A stretch of 56,037 bases of DNA from an uncultured Opitutales bacterium (GCA_964582055.1 CAZOPT010000001.1:1-56037), one strand, 5' to 3'. Shown: positions 1 to 10,629, numbered from the stretch's first letter. The notes: generated by a model not told the origin, from the letters alone. Made by a program: numbers and translations.

Positions 1-71
1 ACATCCTTTTGCAATCACACAAATTTTGAAAGAAATACGAAAACGATTCTTTTAATTTCTTTTATTTAAGC

Positions 72-99
72 TTGAAATTTCTTTAAAAAAAGCCATAAT
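72..99 (+). promoter_or_regulatory. putative sigma70-type promoter of the pyrophosphatase gene
   Basis: TTGAAA (72-77), 16-nt spacer, CATAAT (94-99); GGAAAGG Shine-Dalgarno at 129-135 ahead of ATG 143. Confidence 0.35.
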
Positions 100-142
100 T
101 TTTAGTAAAGGGTAAATTTATTTTTACTGGAAAGGTAATGTT

Positions 143-2323
143 ATGATAAACGGATTGTTTTGGTTAGCGCCTATTGCAGGCTTAAGTGCCTTAGTTTTTG
201 CTTTTTATTTTTATAAGCAAATGATAGCAGAAAGTGAGGGTAATGAAACGATGCGCACGATTGCTTCGCACGTAAGAGAAGGTGCTATGGCCTATCTTAA
301 GCAGCAATATAAAGTTGTTAGCATGGTTTTTATCGTTTTGGCTTTGTTGTTAGCATTTTTAGCTTACGGTTTAGATTTGCAAAACGATTGGGTTCCTTTT
401 GCCTTTTTAACATGTGGATTTTTCTCAGGGTTAGCCGGATTTTTTGGCATGAAAACAGCAACAGCAGCGTCTTCGCGTACAGCAGAAGCTGCTCGTCATT
501 CGCTTAATAAAGGCTTGACAATTGCCTTCCGTAGTGGAGCTGTTATGGGATTAACGGTTGTTGGCTTGGCTGTAATGGATTACTCTTTTTGGTTTTATAT
601 TTTAAATACATTTGTAAAGGCAGGTTCGGAAGCAGAAAAAGTATTGTTGATTACAACAACAATGGTTACTTTTGGTATTGGTGCATCTTTACAAGCTTTG
701 TTTGCTCGTGTAGGTGGTGGTATTTTTACAAAAGCTGCAGACGTTGGAGCAGATTTAGTTGGTAAGGTTGAAGCTGGAATTCCTGAAGATGATCCACGCA
801 ATCCTGCTACTATTGCTGATAATGTTGGTGATAATGTTGGTGATGTTGCTGGCATGGGAGCTGATCTTTACGAATCTTATTATGGTTCGATTTTGGCTGC
901 AGCTTCCTTGGGTGCATTGGCTTTCTTCAATCAACCTCAATTACAATGGAATGCTGTTTTAGCTCCTGTATTGATGGGGGCACTCGGAATTTTCTTATCT
1001 TTAACCGGAATTTTCTTTGTTAAGGTGGGCGGAGATGAGTCCGGAAAGTCAATTTTAAAAGCTTTGGATCGTGGTATTCATGTCGCAGCTATTGGCTTAA
1101 TTGTTTGTTCTTATTTTTTGTTGAATTACTTAGGTTTGGGTGCCCATGTTTGGGGGGCTCTTATTTCCGGGTTGATAACAGGCATTGTTATTGGTAAAGG
1201 TAGCGAATACTATACTTCTAGTGAATATAAGCCTACTCGTCGTATTGCTGAAAAAGCAGAAACAGGTGCTGGACCTGTTATTATTGGAGGTTTAGGTGAA
1301 GGTATGGCTTCAACTATGATTCCAGTCATTGCAGTGGTTATTGGTATGTCCTTAGCTTTTGGTTTTGCTTCTAAATTCCAAGTTTCTGCGATCAACGAAG
1401 GACTTTATGGTATTGGTTTAGCCGCTGTTGGAATGTTAGCGACTTTAGGAATTACTTTAGCTACCGATGCTTATGGACCAATTGCCGATAATGCCGGTGG
1501 TAATGCTGAAATGAGTGGCTTGCCAGGAGAAGTTCGTCAACGTACGGATGCCTTGGATGCGATTGGAAATACGACTGCAGCAACTGGAAAAGGGTTTGCT
1601 ATTGGATCTGCAGCATTAACAGCTTTGGCATTGATCGCATCTTATGTTCAAGAATTAAAGTTAGGTTTGGTTCGTATCGGCAAGGATGTTTTAGAAATTA
1701 ATGGCGAGGTTGTTCGTACTTTGGATGTTACATTGGTACAATTAATGCATTTTTTTGAGGTACATTTGTTAAATCCCAAAGTTCTTATGGGAATGTTTAT
1801 TGGTGCGATGTTGGCGTTTGTTTTCTGTGGAATGGCGATGAATGCAGTTGGTCGTGCGGCTTCTAAGATGGTTGATGAAGTGCGTCGTCAATTCCGTGAG
1901 ATTAAAGGTATTCTTACAGGTGAAGCCAAGCCAGATTATTCTCGTTGTGTCCGTATTTCAACTGAGTCAGCCCAACGCGAAATGCTCTTGCCTGCATTCA
2001 TGACAATTGCTTTCCCATTTATTGTTGGTGTGTGCTTAGGTGTTCCAGGTGTTATCGGTATGTTGGCTGGGACCTTATCTTGTGGATTTGTTCTTGCAAT
2101 TTTCATGGCAAATTCTGGAGGAGCTTGGGATAATGCCAAGAAGTATATTGAAGAAGGTCATTTTGGTGGAAAAGGTTCGGAAGCACATAAAGCAGCTGTT
2201 ATTGGTGATACCGTTGGAGATCCTTTCAAAGATACAGCGGGTCCTAGTTTGAATATTTTGTTAAAGTTGATGACGATCGCTTCTATCATTGGAGCTGGTG
2301 TGACACTAGTTTCTCAATTTTAG
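143..2323 (+). CDS. hppA: membrane-bound ion-translocating pyrophosphatase (K+-dependent type)
   Basis: 726-aa polytopic ORF with M-PPase motifs [45 protein letters not shown] and [16 protein letters not shown]; Ala in GNTTAA is the known K+-dependent signature. Confidence 0.95.
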   Translation: MINGLFWLAPIAGLSALVFAFYFYKQMIAESEGNETMRTIASHVREGAMAYLKQQYKVVSMVFIVLALLLAFLAYGLDLQNDWVPFAFLTCGFFSGLAGFFGMKTATAASSRTAEAARHSLNKGLTIAFRSGAVMGLTVVGLAVMDYSFWFYILNTFVKAGSEAEKVLLITTTMVTFGIGASLQALFARVGGGIFTKAADVGADLVGKVEAGIPEDDPRNPATIADNVGDNVGDVAGMGADLYESYYGSILAAASLGALAFFNQPQLQWNAVLAPVLMGALGIFLSLTGIFFVKVGGDESGKSILKALDRGIHVAAIGLIVCSYFLLNYLGLGAHVWGALISGLITGIVIGKGSEYYTSSEYKPTRRIAEKAETGAGPVIIGGLGEGMASTMIPVIAVVIGMSLAFGFASKFQVSAINEGLYGIGLAAVGMLATLGITLATDAYGPIADNAGGNAEMSGLPGEVRQRTDALDAIGNTTAATGKGFAIGSAALTALALIASYVQELKLGLVRIGKDVLEINGEVVRTLDVTLVQLMHFFEVHLLNPKVLMGMFIGAMLAFVFCGMAMNAVGRAASKMVDEVRRQFREIKGILTGEAKPDYSRCVRISTESAQREMLLPAFMTIAFPFIVGVCLGVPGVIGMLAGTLSCGFVLAIFMANSGGAWDNAKKYIEEGHFGGKGSEAHKAAVIGDTVGDPFKDTAGPSLNILLKLMTIASIIGAGVTLVSQF

Positions 2324-2325
2324 TA

Positions 2326-2355
2326 TTGCCAACGAATATAAAAATCTTTGATAAT
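2326..2355 (+). promoter_or_regulatory. putative promoter of tRNA-Ser
   Basis: TTGCCA (2326-2331), 18-nt spacer, GATAAT (2350-2355), 14 nt before the tRNA 5' end. Confidence 0.35.
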
Positions 2356-2369
2356 TATGTTCGTTATTA

Positions 2370-2459
2370 GGAGAGATGACAGAGTGGCCGATCGTGCAGC
2401 ACTGGAAATGCTGTGTACTCGCAAGGGTACCGAGGGTTCGAATCCCTCTCTCTCCGCCA
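2370..2459 (+). tRNA. tRNA-Ser (anticodon GGA)
   Basis: Hand-folded cloverleaf: acceptor GGAGAGA/TCTCTCC, anticodon stem CAGCA/TGCTG with loop CTGGAAA, long variable arm GTAC..GTAC, T-arm GAGGG-TTCGAAT-CCCTC, encoded CCA. Confidence 0.9.
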
Positions 2460-2485
2460 GTAGTAAATATAGATTTTTCATTATT

Positions 2486-2510
2486 AAAGGGCGATAAGCC
2501 CTTTTTTATT
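2486..2510 (+). terminator. rho-independent terminator between convergent tRNA-Ser and the TrmH-family gene
   Basis: AAAGGGC-GATAA-GCCCTTT hairpin followed by a T-run. Confidence 0.6.
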
Positions 2511-2561
2511 TTTTAGCAGATTATAGAAATTAAGGATGATTTTTGGATAACACAAAAATGC

Positions 2562-3356
2562 CTAAAATTCGTAATGATGTCGTTGACGACGTGCTTCATA
2601 GAGGCAAAGTGTTCCGGAAATATTGGCATTTAGTGAGTCTGCAGATTGGCCATACATTGGAATGATAACTTGAGTAGCACTTTCGAGCCATGTTGCAGAA
2701 AGGCCAAAGGCTTCACTACCTACACAAATAACAGAGCCTTTTTTCATGTCACAATCCCAATAGACAAGATTTGTATGTGGTGTTGTTGCAATTATTTGGA
2801 GGTCAGTATTCTTAAAAAACTGAAGTAGATTGTCTGAAGTATCCCAATAGGTTTTAAGGTTAAATACAGCTCCTTGTGAAGCACGAATAACATTTGGATT
2901 AAAAATAGTTACAACCGGATTGGCGATAAAGAAAGCATTAACATGAGTGGCTTCAGCAGAACGCATCAATGCACCTAAATTTCCCGGTTTTTCTAAACCT
3001 TCTACTAATAGATAGAGACCGTTAGGATCAAGTTTACATTGAGATAAATCGCTTGACCATGTCTTTGCGATTCCCATAACACCATCTGGATTTTCGCGTA
3101 TACTTAGTTTTTTAAAAAGGTCATCCGATAAAATCATTGCTTGTGAAAAATGAGGACTAAAGTTATCTGCAATCATTTTATTTTTTGTAGCACTTTCGCT
3201 GAAAATAAAAGAAAGGATTGATATATTTGCTTTTAATGCACGACTTAATTCACGTTTCCCTTCAATAATAAATTGTTCAGACTTTTTTCGGCCTCTATTG
3301 GTTGTTAAAGCCAATAAGTCTTTGTAGTTTGCATTATTTTTGCTAGAAATAATCAT
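2562..3356 (-). CDS. TrmH/SpoU-family RNA 2'-O-methyltransferase
   Basis: 264 aa with SpoU motifs LVEGLEKPGNLGALMRSAEA, VGSEAFGLS and IPMYGQSADSLNANISGTLCLYE; start overlaps the upstream protease stop (ATGA). Confidence 0.85.
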   Translation of the reverse strand: MIISSKNNANYKDLLALTTNRGRKKSEQFIIEGKRELSRALKANISILSFIFSESATKNKMIADNFSPHFSQAMILSDDLFKKLSIRENPDGVMGIAKTWSSDLSQCKLDPNGLYLLVEGLEKPGNLGALMRSAEATHVNAFFIANPVVTIFNPNVIRASQGAVFNLKTYWDTSDNLLQFFKNTDLQIIATTPHTNLVYWDCDMKKGSVICVGSEAFGLSATWLESATQVIIPMYGQSADSLNANISGTLCLYEARRQRHHYEF

Positions 3357-5569
3357 TGTACCAATGAGCTATTAGTAGGGTTTATTTTTCCGTAACACCA
3401 AGTTTGTTGTGGTTGTTTTAAAGACAAAGTTTGGAGCCAATCAAGCATCAAGTGTAAAGCTTCATACTCAAAAATATCAAAACCATCAGCTTTTTTTTCT
3501 ACAGACTGTTTTTGTAAATCTTTGAGGAGAATCTTTTTATACATTGGACGCCATGTTTGGAAGGATTTTTCAAGATCTTTTAATCCTTTCCTAAAAACAC
3601 GATCTTCATTGATATTTGCAATACGATCTTTTAAATTAAGAGAAAATTGAGTTTGGTTATACTTTTTAGCAAACCAATAAACTTGCTTTTGATACCAATT
3701 ATACATTGGTTGAGTGTTTTGACGGAAATGTTGATTTTGTACCAAGTATTGCAATAATCCAGGTTTAATCCAATAACAAGAGGCGTCTTTTTGAAATGCA
3801 GTTTGCATAGGAGCCATAGAATCCCAAGGTAGTGAGTTGGGCAAGTCCGATTCACCAATCGGTAAGCAATCATAAATCGATGGCATAGCGATGTCTGCAC
3901 GAACACCACGTTGTTGTGTCGATAAACCATTTGGCAAATACCATTTTTGAAGGGTAAGTTTAACAGAACCCAAACGTGGAGTAACAGGCGATAGCATTGT
4001 CAGTTTGTCCATTTCAATAACTGCTTGAACTGTTCCTTTACCATGTGTTGTACTATCGCCAAAAATAAGCGCACGATTACAGCATTGCAGTGCTCCTACA
4101 ACAATTTCGGAAGCAGATGCACTAAATCGAGAGGTTAAGAGCAGAAGTGGTCCTTCCCAAATACAACTGTTTTTTGAAGCGCTTTGGGAAACGCTATTAT
4201 TCATATGGTCCTTTACTTGTACGACAGGACATTCATTAAGAAAAAGGCCGGCGAGATTAACCGCTTCTGTAAGTAAACCGCCACCATTGCGACGAAGATC
4301 TAAAATAAGTCCTTCAATTCGATATTGTTTCAATTGTTGAATGAGTTTTGCCACATCTTTACTCAAGGTATGTGCTTCGGAGTCGTCTGTATTATCTGGA
4401 CCATAAAATGCAGGTAAATTTAAAATTGCAATCGAATGGTAATTGCCTTTGTGATCGATTAGGGCATATACTTTTGCGGAAGCTAAATTTTCTTCGAGTT
4501 TAATTTCATCACGAATCAATTCAATAACTTTTCGATCTGAAGGTTCTCCGTCAACCGGTTGAATAAGTAAGCGTACTTTAGTACCTTTTGGTCCTCGCAT
4601 CAGTTTTACCGAACGTCGTAATTTCATGCCCTGAATGCTTACAAAGTCTTCATCACCTTGAGCTACTGATAAAATTTTATCACCAGCCTTGAGTAATTGG
4701 CAACGTTCCGCAGGACCACCAGGTAGGAGTTCTTTAATCACACAAGAACCTTTTTCTTCACTGAGATATGCGCCGATGCCTACTAAAGAATTTGATAAGC
4801 TAATCGCGAAATCTTCCATAGAATCGGCCGAAAAAAAGGTGGTATGTGGATCATACATTTGTGTCAAAGCATTACAATAGAGTTCTTGGATATCAACAGC
4901 TTCAACATTTGTGCATTGTTTATAAAAATTTTGATACCGCTCGCTCAACGTTTTACGTGCAGTTTCTTCTGCCTTTAAAACATGGTCTTCTGTTAGAATG
5001 GGTTCGGTTGTAGGTTCTTCTACTTCGAACACCTCTTCTGTTTGAGGGGAATGGGATGATAACATTTCATTTAATAGTTCATGAAGCAAGCGTTTTTCCC
5101 AAACTAAATCGAGGCCAATGGTACTATTTTCTAGTTCAACATGCTTGCGTTCAGTATCATAAGTTTCATTGGAATAAAAAGAAAAAGGTGATTGAAGGCG
5201 TTTTTCAATCCATTGTGTACGAAATTGGACCATTTCACAATATTTTGCAAAAATATCGAAGCCAGGAATAAGACTACCTCCATGCCACAATAGGTTAAGA
5301 GAAGGTAAGTACGTATTTTTGAAGGTTTCTACTTGATTTTTTGAAAAGAAGAGTTTTTCAGGATCAAGGGCCTTAAAATAATTTTGCAAAATAGCTTCTT
5401 CGCCAATGTCTTTTAACTTTTTTTGTAAAAAATGAAGTTGTTCTAATAATTGTACCAGAAAAATAGTTTCTGTGCGCATCGTAGCGTTAGCTTCAAGTGT
5501 CTTTGCTTGAACTGAAACTATAATGCCGAAGTAAACTAAAAACGTTTTTAATAGCAGTTTTATACTCAT
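3353..5569 (-). CDS. carboxy-terminal processing (tail-specific) protease, S41 family
   Basis: 738 aa with N-terminal signal-like segment, PDZ-like LPGGPAERCQLLKAGDKILSV, and S41 core DLRRNGGGLLTEAVNLAGLF and TSRFSASASEIVVGALQ. Confidence 0.88.
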   Translation of the reverse strand: MSIKLLLKTFLVYFGIIVSVQAKTLEANATMRTETIFLVQLLEQLHFLQKKLKDIGEEAILQNYFKALDPEKLFFSKNQVETFKNTYLPSLNLLWHGGSLIPGFDIFAKYCEMVQFRTQWIEKRLQSPFSFYSNETYDTERKHVELENSTIGLDLVWEKRLLHELLNEMLSSHSPQTEEVFEVEEPTTEPILTEDHVLKAEETARKTLSERYQNFYKQCTNVEAVDIQELYCNALTQMYDPHTTFFSADSMEDFAISLSNSLVGIGAYLSEEKGSCVIKELLPGGPAERCQLLKAGDKILSVAQGDEDFVSIQGMKLRRSVKLMRGPKGTKVRLLIQPVDGEPSDRKVIELIRDEIKLEENLASAKVYALIDHKGNYHSIAILNLPAFYGPDNTDDSEAHTLSKDVAKLIQQLKQYRIEGLILDLRRNGGGLLTEAVNLAGLFLNECPVVQVKDHMNNSVSQSASKNSCIWEGPLLLLTSRFSASASEIVVGALQCCNRALIFGDSTTHGKGTVQAVIEMDKLTMLSPVTPRLGSVKLTLQKWYLPNGLSTQQRGVRADIAMPSIYDCLPIGESDLPNSLPWDSMAPMQTAFQKDASCYWIKPGLLQYLVQNQHFRQNTQPMYNWYQKQVYWFAKKYNQTQFSLNLKDRIANINEDRVFRKGLKDLEKSFQTWRPMYKKILLKDLQKQSVEKKADGFDIFEYEALHLMLDWLQTLSLKQPQQTWCYGKINPTNSSLVQ

Positions 5570-6381
5570 TTAAGCTTCCTATAATTTTCTAACCATCTTC
5601 TTTCCTCAGCAGAAAGCGCACCAATTCCTTCTTCTTGCAATTTTTTTAATAAACCAAAAGGAACGTCTTGGATGACATTATCTTGCTCAATGTGTACAAA
5701 ATAGCGTGATTTTTGTGTTATTTGCTGTGCTTTGTCTTTAGGATGGTTTTCTATATAATTTTGATATTTGAACCATAAATATCCCATGAGAGCTCCCCCT
5801 AAATGAGCAGAATGTGCTACCAACGTCATGCCCTGAATCTCAAAAAACAAACAATTTAAAATTTCATAACCGATAAAGAAAGTAAGACACCAACGTGCTT
5901 TTAGGTTGACTGGAAAAACAAAAAAAAGAAGTACTGATAAGGTTTTTTCAGGGTAAAGAAGAAAAAAATAGGTCCACAAGCACGCAACCCCAGCAGAAGC
6001 TCCAATAAGTACATAATGAAGCTGTTGCAAATGCATAATCGACCATGTTACTCCTCCCAAAATAATTCCAGAGATGTATAAGATAAGTAACTGTTTTATG
6101 GTAAGTTCTCTTTGCAAAAGTAACCGGCTACTACCATAAAACAAAAGTAAATTAAAGAAAATGTGCCAAAAGTCGCTATGTAAAAACGAATAGGTAAATA
6201 ATCGCCAAATTTGTAGGTTTATGCAAGCACTTGGTTGTAAGCAAAAAAGTGCATCTAATAATCCACAATTAAACCAAACATGTGTGATTTGTTGTAAAAT
6301 AAAAACAATGAAATAAAACCATAAAATACGATTTATCCACCGTGTTGTTATCGTTTCCGGACGGTAAAAAAATCCATTCAT
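5566..6381 (-). CDS. rhomboid-family intramembrane serine protease
   Basis: 271-aa polytopic protein with GASAGV (GxSxG serine) and HSAHLGGALMGY (catalytic His) motifs; stop overlaps the S41 protease start (ATGA). Confidence 0.8.
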   Translation of the reverse strand: MNGFFYRPETITTRWINRILWFYFIVFILQQITHVWFNCGLLDALFCLQPSACINLQIWRLFTYSFLHSDFWHIFFNLLLFYGSSRLLLQRELTIKQLLILYISGIILGGVTWSIMHLQQLHYVLIGASAGVACLWTYFFLLYPEKTLSVLLFFVFPVNLKARWCLTFFIGYEILNCLFFEIQGMTLVAHSAHLGGALMGYLWFKYQNYIENHPKDKAQQITQKSRYFVHIEQDNVIQDVPFGLLKKLQEEGIGALSAEERRWLENYRKLK

Positions 6382-6554
6382 ACGCCTAGTTTCAAAAATT
6401 TATTGCCATATCGCAAGATTTAATGCAATAAAACTTAAATTTTTCTAAGATTTTTGGTAAACCTTTTGAAAAAATTGTTGTCGTAATTGTTGAAAAACTA
6501 TTGAATTTAAAGTAAAATGTTGACAAGCTATAAGATCACGATGCAATTAAAAGG

Positions 6555-7286
6555 ATGCGTTGGAAGTGTGTTTGTGCTTATGAAGGAACCCATTTTTGTG
6601 GTTGGCAGAGTCAGGCTAATAGAAATGGTATTCAGGATCATATTGAAGCACGCTTGACTGCTATTTTTAAGTGCTTTGTACGCATTCATGGTAGCAGTCG
6701 AACAGATGCTGGAGTACATGCACGTGGTCAAGTTTTTCACTTTGATGCTGATTGGTTTCATGGTGCAGAAGCTCTTAAACGCGCTGTTAATATGCAGCTT
6801 GATCCTTGCATCCAAATAATAGATGTTGCTCAAGTGGATGAAAATTTTCACGCCCGATTTTCAATTAAAGGGAAGCGTTATCATTATTATTTTCAAAAAA
6901 TGCCAGCAGATCCTTTTGAATATCGGTATGTATGGCCATTGCTTGCAAAAGGTTTTTGTTTAGAGCGAGCAAAAAAAGTGCTTTCATTATTTTTGGGTGC
7001 GCATAATTTTAAAGGATTTGCAGGCAAAGTTCTCGCTGGAGAAAATCCTATTAAGACAGTTCATTCCTTGAGAATTGTTGAAAATGGCGATAAATTTCAT
7101 TTAGAAATTATTGGTTCAGGTTATTTATATCGAATGGTTCGTATGATCGCAGGAGCGCTTGTTATGTGTGCTTACGGCAAAATTAATGCTCATACAATTT
7201 CGGATCGCCTCAATTTAATCAATCTTCAATTCCCCCTACTTTGTGCTCCTGCTAAGGGTTTGTTTCTAGAAGAGGTTTTTTATTAG
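6555..7286 (+). CDS. truA: tRNA pseudouridine(38-40) synthase
   Basis: 243 aa; GWQSQ near the N-terminus and catalytic GSSRTDAGVHARGQV motif; YLYRMVRMIAG. Confidence 0.9.
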   Translation: MRWKCVCAYEGTHFCGWQSQANRNGIQDHIEARLTAIFKCFVRIHGSSRTDAGVHARGQVFHFDADWFHGAEALKRAVNMQLDPCIQIIDVAQVDENFHARFSIKGKRYHYYFQKMPADPFEYRYVWPLLAKGFCLERAKKVLSLFLGAHNFKGFAGKVLAGENPIKTVHSLRIVENGDKFHLEIIGSGYLYRMVRMIAGALVMCAYGKINAHTISDRLNLINLQFPLLCAPAKGLFLEEVFY

Positions 7287-7450
7287 ACCTCCTGCAAAAA
7301 TTGAAATTATGGAAAATCGTTTTGGACAATTTTTTAAAAAATGATGAAAATTTTAAGTAACTGCATGTTTCAAATTTTTTAAACTTCCTACGACAGTATC
7401 ATTTATAAGCTTTTTTCGACTTTTGTAAAATGTCTAATTTTAACTTTTAT

Positions 7451-8440
7451 TTAATTCTCCAGATAGACGGCGATAGGTCTTTGTAAATTATCTGAAAATT
7501 TTTTTAATGATTGGATTAAAGCCTTAAACCCTTTTTTGTTGCCTACAGTTATTTCGAGAAGTTCTTTTGTTGTTTGTTGAGAGTAAAAATTTGTAAAACA
7601 AAAATCGCCTATCGTGCGAAGGTTTTTAAGGTGTAGATTTTTTAAATTGGGACAATCACAGAAACAGTTAGCTCCGATTTCTTCGAGGTCGTCAGCTATC
7701 ACTTCGCTAAGTTCGAAGCAATTTGAAAAATTGTCATCTTGTAAATGTTTAACGTTTTCTAAAATTACTTTTTTTAATGTTGATTGATTTCGAAAACATC
7801 CGTTGCCTATTGTTAATAATGGTATTTGAAGGTTTTGGATTGATTCAGATAGATTTTTAGGTAAGTGAAGTTGGTGGTTTTTATCAATAAGGGTCTCTAT
7901 CCAATCAGAAGCAATCAGCAAGAGATTGTTGCAAGAGTGTCCTTGATCGAAAAAATAAAAGAGGTTATTTTCATTTAAAAAAGCAAGTTGTTGGGTATGA
8001 ACTTTTATTCCCTTGGGAATGTCTATGGAAGCTCTATCATCGAATTGCAAACCTTCAAAAATGGGAATATTGGAAGTTAAATATGGCTTTTGTGTTTTTT
8101 CTAAAGGTTGCCATATGATAATTGGAATTTTAAAATTAATTTTTTTTATAAAAGAAGTATATTGCAACCAGTCGCAGTTTCCTTCGTAAAATTCTTTATC
8201 TGAAAAAACGGTCCAAATGCTCCAATTAGGGCATAATTTTGAAAAATTTAATACCTCATTTGTTGTTTTTATTGGAAATGGATTGGTTTTTATTTTTTGA
8301 AGTTTGTTTTTGTCTAAAATTTTAAGTTGATAAAAAGAGCGGATTTTTAAAGGTGCTTCAAATTTACCGAAGGGTTGAATTTTTATGGCATTTAATACTA
8401 AAGAACTACAGAAAAAAAGAAGATAAGGTTTTATTTTCAT
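7451..8440 (-). CDS. secreted leucine-rich-repeat protein (BspA-like LRR)
   Basis: 329 aa; signal-like MKIKPYLLFFCSSLVLNA; C-terminal repeats IGNGCFRNQSTLKKV / IGANCFCDCPNLKNL / IGDFCFTNF resemble the IG-x-x-AF-x-x-C LRR_5 pattern; very AT-rich. Confidence 0.55.
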   Translation of the reverse strand: MKIKPYLLFFCSSLVLNAIKIQPFGKFEAPLKIRSFYQLKILDKNKLQKIKTNPFPIKTTNEVLNFSKLCPNWSIWTVFSDKEFYEGNCDWLQYTSFIKKINFKIPIIIWQPLEKTQKPYLTSNIPIFEGLQFDDRASIDIPKGIKVHTQQLAFLNENNLFYFFDQGHSCNNLLLIASDWIETLIDKNHQLHLPKNLSESIQNLQIPLLTIGNGCFRNQSTLKKVILENVKHLQDDNFSNCFELSEVIADDLEEIGANCFCDCPNLKNLHLKNLRTIGDFCFTNFYSQQTTKELLEITVGNKKGFKALIQSLKKFSDNLQRPIAVYLEN

Positions 8441-8501
8441 GATAGCCTATAAAACGGTATTCTTGAGAAAACCTTCATCAAAATTTTATAAAATAAATTT
8501 T

Positions 8502-9350
8502 TTAAGTAAATTTTTTTAAAGGAATTTCGTAATTTTCTGGTTGGTTAGGTGATAATTTTAGTTGTGTGCCATTAATAACAGTTAATGTATCTTTTGTTTT
8601 TAAGGGACGTAGGATAAGGCTTCCATTTTCCGATATAGATTCAAAGATACCTTCAAGCGTTTCTTTGCGATCTTCATCATAAATCATTACATTGTTTTTT
8701 AAATAAAGCCAAAAATGTTCATTATCTTTGAGGTATTGTTTGGCGCCTATACATCTAAACCAATAGAGTGTTTCTATGAAAAAATCTGAAAACAATTGAA
8801 CATTTTCAAAAATTTCAGATGTAGAATAAGTTTTTCTTTTATTAAGAATTTGCTTTACAGAAGTGATAGGTTGATCGATGGATTTACCTTCTTGTGCTGT
8901 TAGATTGAAATTAATACCAACACCTACCGTTGCCCAATACAAATCATTCCAATTGCGGACTAAAGTCATGTTTCCGCTGATTTTCTTGTTTGCAAATAAA
9001 ACGTCATTCGGCCATCGAATTTTGAAATCTTTTTTGTACTGAGAAATTTCGTGCAAGAAACGACAAGTACTAATCGCAGTGAGTAGAGAAAAAGGTAGAA
9101 TTTGATCGGTTAAAAAGACCAAATTGATGTGAAAATCGGTTAGGGGTGATGATTGCCAAGTTCTCTGGTGGGTTCCTATACCTTTAGTTTGCTTTTCTGC
9201 GAAAACGACGATTAAATGGTTAGGACGCATGCGATTAAACCATGTTTGTTTAAGTGTAAAGGCATGTGTCGATTCCAGTTGGTTGAAAATACAAAATTCT
9301 GTACTTGTTTCTTCAGGCGCAAAAAAATTAGTGAGGGTTGTTTTTTTCAT
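8502..9350 (-). CDS. birA: biotin--[acetyl-CoA-carboxylase] ligase (no N-terminal HTH)
   Basis: 282 aa; KQTKGIGTHQRTWQS (GRGRxGRxW-type loop) and RWPNDVLFANKKISGNM motifs. Confidence 0.8.
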   Translation of the reverse strand: MKKTTLTNFFAPEETSTEFCIFNQLESTHAFTLKQTWFNRMRPNHLIVVFAEKQTKGIGTHQRTWQSSPLTDFHINLVFLTDQILPFSLLTAISTCRFLHEISQYKKDFKIRWPNDVLFANKKISGNMTLVRNWNDLYWATVGVGINFNLTAQEGKSIDQPITSVKQILNKRKTYSTSEIFENVQLFSDFFIETLYWFRCIGAKQYLKDNEHFWLYLKNNVMIYDEDRKETLEGIFESISENGSLILRPLKTKDTLTVINGTQLKLSPNQPENYEIPLKKFT

Positions 9351-10626
9351 GCAGGCGACTTTTTAATTGTTGGCGATAACGATAGAGGTCATTTAAAACT
9401 TTTTCGGCTCCGATTGCTTTGGGATAATAAAATTGGCAAGTTTCGTCCCAATAGCCTTGACCTGAAACATTAGCTTCGAAATCATGACTATATTTGTAAG
9501 TTTGTTCGCGATGCAAAGGTGTTTGTTGTAATGCATTTGGAACACTTTGTAAATGGCCTGATTTTACAAAATCTCGGGCTGCATTCCAAGCAAGATAAGC
9601 ACTGTTACTTTTAGGAGCTAAGGTTAGAAATACGGTTGCGTGCGATAAATTAATAGCGCATTCGGGTAAGCCAATTTTTTCGCAAGCGTTATAAGCTGCA
9701 AGAGCTAAATTAAGACCGCGAGAATCTGCTAAACCAACATCTTCAGAAGCAAAAATGATCAGTCTGCGTGCAATAAATAGTGGGTCTTCACCGCCTTCAA
9801 TCATGCGTGCAAGCCAATAAATCGCTGCATCCGGATCACAACCGCGCATGCTTTTGATGAAAGCTGAAATAAGATCATAATGGTCGTTTTCACGCGCATT
9901 ATAACTGGCGTGCCAGCGACTTAATTCTATTTTAACATGTTCAAGTTCTAGCGTGCTTCCAATAGGAATACTTGTACATAAAAATTCAAGTAGGTGTAAA
10001 GCGCGTCGTAGATCACCATTGGCAATACGTGCAATTTCGGTCAAAACGGCTTCAGAAACATTTAGTTGTAAATTCCCAAGACCATTTTGTTTATTTTCTA
10101 GGGTAGTTTTTAAGGTGGAAATAATGTCGGCAGGTTCTATTTTTTTTAGCTCAAAGACGTAACTGCGACTCAATAACGGTGGAATAATGTAAAAGGCTGG
10201 GTTGTGTGTGGTAGCTCCGATAAGTTGTATACGTCCTGTTTCGCAATAAGGAAGCAGTACATCTTGTTGTGAACGATTAAAACGATGAATTTCATCAATA
10301 AATAGAATGGTTTTTTCGTTATTATGTTCTGCTAATTTTAGTTTTTCTCGTAATTCATTTAGGTTTGCTAAAACAGCATTTAAGGGAATAAGTTCTTTTT
10401 GTAAATGTTTGGCGATGAGTTGTGCAAGAGTTGTTTTGCCACAACCTGGAGGCCCATAAAGAAGGACATTACCACGACCGTAGTTTTTTAACCAATTTTG
10501 AAAAGCGCTTGTTTGAGAGAGCAAATGTGCTTGTCCGACCATTGCTTTAAGCGTTTGCGGACGCATCCGTTCCGGCAAAGGAATATGGCGTTGAATTTGC
10601 TCTTCAAATAAGTTTGTTTCTTCCAT
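9328..10626 (-). CDS. rarA: replication-associated recombination protein A (AAA+ ATPase)
   Basis: 432 aa; Walker A LLYGPPGCGKTTLA, Walker B ILFIDEIHRFN, C-terminal MgsA region DPDAAIYWLARMIEGGEDPLFIARRL. Confidence 0.92.
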   Translation of the reverse strand: MEETNLFEEQIQRHIPLPERMRPQTLKAMVGQAHLLSQTSAFQNWLKNYGRGNVLLYGPPGCGKTTLAQLIAKHLQKELIPLNAVLANLNELREKLKLAEHNNEKTILFIDEIHRFNRSQQDVLLPYCETGRIQLIGATTHNPAFYIIPPLLSRSYVFELKKIEPADIISTLKTTLENKQNGLGNLQLNVSEAVLTEIARIANGDLRRALHLLEFLCTSIPIGSTLELEHVKIELSRWHASYNARENDHYDLISAFIKSMRGCDPDAAIYWLARMIEGGEDPLFIARRLIIFASEDVGLADSRGLNLALAAYNACEKIGLPECAINLSHATVFLTLAPKSNSAYLAWNAARDFVKSGHLQSVPNALQQTPLHREQTYKYSHDFEANVSGQGYWDETCQFYYPKAIGAEKVLNDLYRYRQQLKSRLHEKNNPH

Positions 10627-10629
10627 GAA

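Noticed and set aside
818-853. Tandem 12-nt repeat gataatgttggt x2 in hppA
   Set aside because: It encodes the conserved DNVGDNVGD pyrophosphatase motif and is not a genomic repeat element.
6399-6432. 8-bp inverted repeat TTTATTGC...GCAATAAA in the rhomboid/truA divergent spacer, with a nearby AATTGTTG direct repeat
   Set aside because: These are short and AT-rich in an AT-rich spacer, so they are expected by chance. There is no supporting context.
7290-7299. TCCTGCAAAA shared just after the stop codons of truA and the 51351-52205 ORF (second copy at 52211-52220)
   Set aside because: Many 10-nt matches are expected by chance in 56 kb, and similarity does not extend beyond the 10-mer.
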